Shown one piece after another: positions 56,117 to 64,000 of a DNA stretch of 64,000 nt. A model generated the notes under the pieces. That model did not search any database, had not been told where the DNA came from, and saw nothing but the letters and a program-made list of their open reading frames with translations. Source of the stretch: Ruditapes philippinarum (taxonomy: Eukaryota); contig NW_026864902.1 of NCBI RefSeq assembly GCF_026571515.1, positions 62,001-126,000 on the forward strand. The letters are read 5' to 3'. Each line of letters starts with the position of its first letter. The stretch's first letter is position 1. Position numbers and translations under genes: made by a program.

Positions 56117-56191
56117 CTTATCTTGTTTTTTAATTAGGCAATTAATAAATCTTTGACAAAAACGCCGTTTCACAGTGCTGTTATATTTTCA
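56117..56191 (-). pseudogene. 75-nt phase 0-0 exon, *KYNSTVKRRFCQRFINCLIKKQDK (paralog of 18841-18909)
   Basis: CATTTTAAG acceptor, AAG|GTAAGG donor, both Cys retained, length differs by 6 nt (frame kept); the first codon is TGA. Confidence 0.45.
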
Positions 56192-59100
56192 CTTAAAATG
56201 ATAGGCAAGTATAACAAAATGGTTTCAGTTATCATGGCCTACCTACCTACATTGATCGTTCTTGTAACGGGCATTCTGTACTCGTCAGTATTTTTCATGC
56301 TCTAAAAATGATTAGACTGACTCTGTAAAACGATGTAATTTCATAAATATGGACTCTTCTTATGTTTAAATTTGTAACAGCGCATTCATAAGAAGTAATG
56401 AAGTAAATTGATGTGCATGGACTGTGTCGAGGTTTCCTTAAATTTGATAACATGAAAATGTCTCCAAAGATTTGGCTTTAAATAGCGCGTCTAGTGAACC
56501 ATATGTAATTATTTTCCTTGATATTTCCTTTCAAAAAAACGTTCAATAGTAAACACATTACTGAGGTGACTATTCAAATTAACACCATGGCACATGTTTA
56601 CAGTTTCTTATATACAGAGGAGGCTTTATAAGACGCTTACATTCAGTATATGGGAATAGCCAGAAAGCCTTATCAATTGCTTATGAAACTGTACTCGTTT
56701 TGTTGTATAGTATTTTTTGCCTTTCTTGATAATAAAGATCGATTATGCTTTAGAAATGCTGTTCTTTTTATTTTCTAAAATCTTTTTATTTTTCTTATCT
56801 TGTTACAGTTTCCACAAAAAAAAAAAATTTGCTATATACATGAATTTCGTTTGCTTCCTTTGCTTTTTTTGGCAATTGGTATAATTGTAGTGAACAAATA
56901 TTTTGTATGAAAGTCAAAATACTAGTGAGACTTTGTTTACATTTTGCTAGACACATTATCACCACTACTTTTCTTAGCTGTTAAACATGTAACATGCTCA
57001 AAATCCATTTCTAAAACATTGTTAAATACATGTTTGACATTTCTTAAGAATTTAATGTATAATAGATATATGTTTCTGAGGCATATTGTCCTTTTAACTA
57101 CTTTTAAAAGGTATTTATATATAGCGCAACAAAATGGTATAATTATAAAGGAAAAAAAATAGCGCCTCAAAAGCTTTGAAATATTTCACAGCAGCTGCAC
57201 TTGTCCCAGTTTTTTTGTTTGTTTGTTTTTTCTGGCGAAAAATTTATAAGAATTATATCAAATTTAAAAGTTTGTATTAAAGTTGTGATAACCTTAACAA
57301 CCAAAATGATCTTAGCTGATTGGTTTTCTAACGCTTGAAAACGAAAGATTTTAGGTTCAGAGAGTTTCTATAAATTGACCAAATCTATTTCTTTCCTTTA
57401 CATAACGAAAGGGTTTATCTGAAATATCTGAAAAGAAACCTAAATAGAAGTGACATCAAAGTATGTGCATATACATGAGTAATAACTAATGAAAAAGTAC
57501 AAACCACAACAACTAAAACAAATACACATTGTATACAGTAAGGCTTTTAAGTAAAAACATAATTTCAAAATGCATCACTTACATTAAAATACATTTACAT
57601 TAAATACATTGTAATCGAACTTCTGTTACTATGTCACTATAAACAGAAGTTTTGGCTTTATAAGAAATAGACACTCCAAATTAAAACATAAGTTTAAATT
57701 GTAACGAGATACAAAACTCAAAATATAGCTTGTGTACTATAAATAAATATACATCCTGACATTTGGAAATACGTAGTACGCTATTCTAACTTCAGAAATT
57801 AAAAAGGAACGAAACTATATTTGTTATAAATGAATGTTATATAGGATATATTTTGTATTTTACTAGACATTAATTTGATATAATCGTTTTAATTGGAAAA
57901 TTATAACAAGATCACGGCCAGCGAAGGTTTTTAGCTGAATGATTTTGCCAACAAACATGCTTGTCAATGAGTTAGAAATTCAAACAAGTAACGTATAATA
58001 GTTATTAGTTATTTTCTTTAGCTTCAGTGCAAATGATGTCTTCCTATTATTTATGCATTCATTAGAATCATTCTCTTGAATTAGCTTTAGACATAAAAGT
58101 CAATTGGTTACACAATCAGTTGTCTAACCAATTAGTTTAGTTTACACAATTAACTTTAACCACTCTAAACGGAGATATCTTTGACAGTTGTTATTACGCA
58201 TGTAATCCAAACCGTCAATAAATGAGAATAATGATTCTGATAAATATCTTGTTGCTAAAAGGAATGTATTTAATCTTGTAAGATTTGTACTTATATTATA
58301 TGTGTATAACCTTTTTTCGTTAGAGTGACATCATGCTCATATTTTCAATGTCGAATTGACACAAATTTACTGTATATCTCAACATATTGATTGGTGTAAC
58401 TGTTATTAGGCAACGGCTGATAATTTAAGCGAAGAAAGTTCTAAAATCAAAGGCAATTATAAATTGACATTTATCTGTTTTTATCAATATTCTAAATAAT
58501 TAAAAACCTTATCAAGTGCACCCTATTTTGCTATTTCCGAATCAACATATGTCCTAACTCTAACGTCAATCAGCACAAAATATACAAATATGACATTACA
58601 TGTACATGTGCCGCCGGTATCTCGGCAATAAATCGGAAATAATAAGAGAATAAGATTAATTTCAAGAATCCATCATCAAACGTTATTTAGCAGCACATTA
58701 TGTTGCTCGACGACAAACGTGTAACTTAAACTTTTCTTGTATTTCTTCGCTTTTATTTCATGTCCACTTGGATATTTATTTAATGGCCTGTTAAACATTA
58801 CAAACCACATAAATAATTCCGTTCACCTACAAGAAAGTATCAACGTGATGCGCTAAATTCCTGCTGTATTCAATTCCCAACAATATCCAAGACGACTCCT
58901 ATTTGACTAAATGTTATAGGCTTTCAATCTCGCTTTATGTCATTGTCAAGTCCTATACGTTGATACCTCAAGTACTGTGCAAACAAAAGTTGGCCAAATT
59001 CAAATTCGAAATGACAACATCTGGGATGGAAATGTTAAGCATCCAGCTCACGTATGTCAGACTTAGTGACCCAGCCAAATCCTTTGGAAAAAGTAAATGA

Positions 59101-61981
59101 CTGAACCTAGTTTCTAACGCATTGGAACGAATCTAAGGCTTGCCACAAAGTTCACTTTGTACTTATTGTTCATAAGAGATTACCTACAAATATAAAATTT
59201 AATATATCATAAAACAACTAATATGTTACTGTAATCCAATGTGAGCCAATTACACATGATCAACTTTTCTATAGCTTGATCTAATTGTATTTTAAAGAGA
59301 ATGAAATATCACAAGAATCTAGTACGGAGGAGTTAGTTTATACAATATACGTATATGTTTTAAGTATTTATTTAATATTTTATGCTATCGGCGAAATGTT
59401 TCAGACCTGTTCGATGGCTTCTGTTTTGCTCTTTTTTATTGCAAATAAGCATTGCTAGCATGGAAAAGAAAGGGGAGTTACATAATCATACTTCTAACCT
59501 CCTCAAGGTAATACCGTTTAAAACCACATAAGAAAATAGAAAACAAGAAAGTAAATAACTTGGTCGAAGTTAAAGTAAAATAAGTCATGGGGTAAACTTG
59601 AACAGGATATATTAACACAATAAATTATGTTTCGTATAAAGAAGACATTTAAAGACAAAATTTGCAGAGAAAATAAATAAATAAGTCTTTCAGCATTAAT
59701 AAATAAAAATATTTTAAGAACAGTTTTAGCTTCAAGGAAACGCAATTACCACACATTTATATAATGGAAGGAAACAGACGATGTCACGTTAACTGCTGTA
59801 AATTTAAATGAATAATGTCACATGTAGACGCTTGAAGCAAATGTCTCCAAATTTATATCTTAGTTTTTTAAGTTACGAAAATTTAGTATTCATAATTGGT
59901 CAAAGATGTCATTATTACGTGCAAACATCCATTTCTGTATCAGCTATTTTCATATAAGTCAACAAGAAAAAGGAGACATTTTTGTAACAAGTGATGTTTG
60001 AATTTTTTTCTCAAAAGAAGTTGTCCGCGCTAAAAACAGTAAATAAATAGTTTTTTGTTTTCTTAATCCAAACATGAATTAAACATTTTTATACAACAAT
60101 ACATATATGCAATTAACGAATTACAATTAAATCTGGAAAAGTGAAAACCAAAATACTTCTTTTATTATAATATAAGTAAATAAGGAAGAACAGACTCGTG
60201 AGTTTGCTTTTGTTACTCACTGGACTCATAGTTCATATGGTGTACGTATTAAATTACATACTTATCATTCCCATTATTGATTCTTAGCAACCTGGCTAGA
60301 GAAATCATCAACAATATCAAACGCACAAAATATTGTTTGATGCAAACACAAATCTATATGTCAACACCTATGTAACGGAAATCATTCTATGATTGCTTCG
60401 AACAATATTTTATAAGTCTTAGATTGAATTAATATTTCACAAACATAACACGTACTTTTAAATCCAGATAGGCTTAAAACAATCATGCATACAGGCATAT
60501 TGTATTTGTTTAATTAGTTTTGCTCTTTCTGTTGCAAACAAATGTTAGAAATTGGTGGATGACTTAGTGATAAAAAAGACTTGCATATTTAAGCTAGTAT
60601 GATATTGGCTAATTGTCGTAAGTACATGTATTATGACCGTGCGCCTTGTGTAAAATAGCATTTGCACTACAGTATTCACAAAATAATGATATTTTTATTT
60701 TTAACCTTAGAATTATAAATGACCTATTCAGACTTAGTATCATACAACTAATAGCCACGCGAAAACCTTAAACATTACACTTTTAATGATTTCAAAGAAG
60801 AAGCGGTTGTTGCGGGGTCGGTTATTATAACCCATTACTAACGCATTATGGCGTGTCAAATATGAGACAGTTGTCTGTAAAAAGTTTCCATATATATTAT
60901 TATCCATTTTGTCATTGTAACATGTATCAGAAACATGTATATTGATATTCTATTGTGTTAAAAGTTATAAAAACACATTTCATGGGCATCAGACATCTGT
61001 TCCAAATCTTGTTCATGCTATAATAGAGTTTAGCTTTCAAAATCTATATATGGTATATAAAGAAGATCGGAGAGCCCTTGACCGATTTCATTAAATAACA
61101 CAATGTTTTGTTGTTTTTTTAATGGGATATCTACGTCGATTGTCATGTTTTCAGAGCCAGTAAATGTCAAATTAAATGGAAATAATATTTCTAATGTTTG
61201 ATATGAATTCCTCCCGAAGACTGAGTTGCAATATGCTGGTTGGAATGAATACATCAACATGTCTTAAAATTGGGTGGTAGTAATCGCATGAGTATGAAAA
61301 CAACATTTACATAATAACTACCACTATCTTTTAGGGTTGTGACCATTCTTTTAAGATAAATACTCAATTTAACAATCCCAATACGTGGATGTAGGTACAA
61401 AACAATTGCCCTTTTAGTTAGTAATGATATAAAAAGGAAGGGGAATTTTTGTGTGCCTTTAACTTAATTGCCTGCTTTAGTTTTCTATGATTTCCTTTTT
61501 TGGACTGTTTATAAGAACGCCCTTTAACGCTTTCCAGTTTTTGTTTTGGTCTCCTTGGCAGTGGTATTATGTTGCTAAAATATTATAAACAATATCAACA
61601 AGGAAAGGCGGCGTTCAATGAACGCAACACCCACACGATCCAGCAACAAGAGCCAGTGGCAAGGAACCCAGGAGGACCCCAAACAAAAACAGGACAGGGC
61701 AAAAGGCAGAGCATGGGAGTGTTAATCATTAAAATCATACATAAGAAGAAATAATTAGTAACTGATAAGAAACTCAAAGAAAGCAAATAAAGGATTGAAT
61801 AATAGGCCCATAAAGTCATAGGGCACAGGGGAAGGGGACAGGAAACTCGAGGAAGGAGGGGATTTGTAAATATAGGAAATAAAAAACTAGGAGACGATAC
61901 TTACCGTAGACGAGAAAACAAGAAGGGACACAAAAGTGTCACCAAAACAGTATGCAACAACAAAGACATACATCTGAGGAC

Positions 61982-62067
61982 GGGCGCTGCATTGAAACGG
62001 TCAGCAGCAGAAATACTGCTGAAGAGTTTAAACAGATTAATGGTGCACTAAACCTCACTCTAAGCCC
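61982..62067 (-). ncRNA. Degenerate twister-ribozyme-like fold, type-P5 permutation
   Basis: GGGC UUA GAGU GAGG UUUAG..CUG UUUAA ACUC UUC AGCAG UAUUU CUGCU GCU G ACCG UUUCAAUG CAGC GCCC. P5 GGGC/GCCC, P2 GAGU/ACUC and P3 AGCAG/CUGCU pair, with UAA and GA at the catalytic positions. P1, P4 and the pseudoknots are imperfect. Confidence 0.5.
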
Positions 62068-62291
62068 AACCATGTTCCTATAAACGAGACAGTGTAAATA
62101 AAATGAATCCCCTCTAAGTGAAATTCTAACATCGGTCTTGGTTACTAAAGGTGAACTAAGTTAAACATCGAAAAGCTCATGTAGAAACATACAAAAGAAA
62201 ACCCAATGACCATAACGTCAATGTCTTAAAGGAAGGCAGAGCAACAAGAAGATCACCTACAAGGGACCGACGAAGCAAGACAGAAGACGAA

Positions 62292-62337
62292 CATAAAGGC
62301 AATTCAGTCCCAAAGGGCTTTAAGAACTGTCCATCAT
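62292..62337 (-). promoter_or_regulatory. Degenerate form-2 SECIS-like hairpin overlapping the retroelement ORF stop
   Basis: AUGAU GGACAGUUC UU AAA G CCC UUU GGG ACU GAAUUG CC UUUAUG: 5' AUGA, helix II, unpaired AAA and apical mini-stem are present; the 3' GA of the quartet is missing (UUUAU). Confidence 0.45.
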
Positions 62338-64000
62338 AGAGGCTCCCACTTGGTCCATCAGATGTAATCAAAAGAGGAAAGCGTAGCATCAAACTGTAAA
62401 TGTGTTGAACACTAAGCATGCGGTATGTCTTAAAATAGTAGGGTCATAACCCCTTTTTATTAAAGTATAATAATTTTAGTAAAGACAACAGAAAAATTAC
62501 AATGACCCAAGATCTTACGAAGTTTGTAAACAGCATCCCCGTAATAATCAGGCTGGCTAATCCCTTGTCGCAGAAGTGTTTTGAGATCACTCTTGAATTC
62601 TGAAATTAAATCAAAGTTACGATTATGAAATTTTGTAAAATATTTACGTAATGTATAAGTTTTGTTGGGAAATCGTTCATTTCATGTCGTCCGTCTTTCT
62701 AAACATTTATTTTAAATATTTCTCTTAAATTACTAGATTACAATCAGTTGACAAAAATCATTTCTGTAGTCCTGGCCTTACTATTATCAAGTCAAATTCC
62801 GTACAATACATTATCTCTATGTGTAAAATTAGAAACTTTATAATAAGCAAACGATTGACTAAAGATAATGGTAACATAAACCTATTTTCCTTCAATACCA
62901 TTCATGTAACTTATCTTTTCAAAGAAAAAGATAGTTCAATGCCATTTTGCTTGAACTACTTTGACACTAAATGATTGAATTTAATTGACCTTTAAAATAA
63001 TGAATCAACATACTGAGAGAAACATGATCGTTTTAATGATGTTATTATACCAATTCAGTGTATCTTAAAGACTTTCAAAATCATTATCTTTATCATATGC
63101 TTGACAATGTTTTTCACCGTAATGTTCACTTAGTAACTAAACCAAGCACTTAATTTACATCGTTTGTAACAATTTAAGGACAAAAAGATTTTCCGTTAAT
63201 TTTCTAGTTCAATTAATAAGATTACATTTTGTCTTGACTGCTAAATACGCTTTCCAAAATAATAGCCACAATAAATAAGTGTCTTAAGTAGATTTTATTA
63301 AACTTGTTCGTACGAAAACAAGTGTTAAATCAAATTCATAAATCAAGTCCAACAATTAATCATCCTGTATCAATGATAACGATTAGTTTATTTAATTTAT
63401 ATTTATTGTTTAAAAATACATGGATTTAGTTCTGCCTCATTTGGAAAACGTATTTTAATAATTGTGTGATTGTGTAAGTATGTAATTGTGTAAATTAATT
63501 GCTTTATGTGTTCGTCTTACGGGGCATGCGCAATACTATTTTTTCAATATTACCCGTGGACAAATCTCGCAAGCATTTTTATTTCATCTGTTTTATCCTG
63601 TTAGGTTTCTTTCATTTTTCAAAGTACTTTCCTTACAACAATATCAAAGTTTGTGTTAACAGTCATTGATTCCTACCGAACTTATTAGAAAATTTGAAAC
63701 TTGTATTCCTCAAAATTAAAAACAGCCTGGCAGAATTGCAAGATCGACTCTAATTACATCAACTTATCTAATTATTTCTAACAATACAATCTAATTACAT
63801 CCGTTCAATTCAACTTGCGTTGATGAAGTTATTAATGCATCATTGGAGTTGTTAACTTAAATTTCAAAGTCTGCTAATATGACTAAAGTCCAAAATCTTT
63901 TATTTAAAGCAAAAAAAGGAAGATTATCATGTTTCAATCAAATAAACGCAACTGAACATCGTTAACAATATTACAAATTTCTTATTAAGTAGCCTAAATC

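Larger units (their letters stand above)
61578..62655 (-). mobile_element. 5'-truncated Penelope-like retroelement, Naiad-type (C-terminal end of ORF plus 3' UTR/pLTR)
   Basis: 62655-62320 translates, with frameshifts, as LRKYFTKFHNRNFDLISEFKSDLKTLLRQGISQPDYYGDAVYKLRKILGHCNFSVVFTKII..KRGYDPTILRHTACLVFNTFTV*CYAFLFDY.LMDQVGASMMDSS*, which I recognise as the C-terminus of these elements. Absent at the paralogous site ~28255. Confidence 0.8.
44487..64000 (+). repeat. Segmental duplication, arm B (chimeric near 45912; runs off the window end)
   Basis: Same anchors as arm A. Internal tandem duplications 45195-45910 / 45915-46640 and 46587-46765 / 46767-46940. Confidence 0.9.

Noticed and set aside
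61974-62003. CTGAGGA...GAAACGGTC on the plus strand as a hammerhead
   Set aside because: No stem II or stem I pairing, and it is antisense to the element; the minus-strand twister-like fold explains the region better.
1-64000. CRISPR array or prokaryotic operon
   Set aside because: No repeat-spacer periodicity, very low coding density and a eukaryotic repeat content.

Overview
AT-rich (by eye about 30% GC) eukaryotic genomic DNA, most likely from a bivalve mollusc (inferred from the SINE, Helentron-associated and Naiad-type repeats). I could not support any intact protein-coding gene. (1) Architecture: a ~20 kb direct segmental duplication (~9-30 kb vs ~44.5-64 kb), an inverted third copy at the window start (1-6 kb), and older internal paralogous segments. 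(2) Scattered through these blocks are decayed short exons (signal-peptide-like exons, a C-x2-[FY]-x2-C exon, an LGL(I/V)E exon) that look like the remains of an unrecognised family of small secreted proteins. (3) A class A GPCR pseudogene (40322-43209, minus) is split in TM1 by a 1.96 kb non-autonomous DNA transposon with TAY...RTA termini and a 6-bp TSD (IS3EU-like); it also carries a frameshift, stops and an apparent TM7 deletion. (4) Many small mobile elements are present; several have the empty site visible in a paralogous copy. (5) Three RNA-structure candidates: a minimal hammerhead ribozyme (29133-29171) and, inside a 5'-truncated Naiad-like Penelope retroelement (61578-62655), a degenerate SECIS-like hairpin over the ORF end followed by a circularly permuted (type-P5) twister-ribozyme-like fold. 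All homology calls come from alignment by eye; no searches were run.
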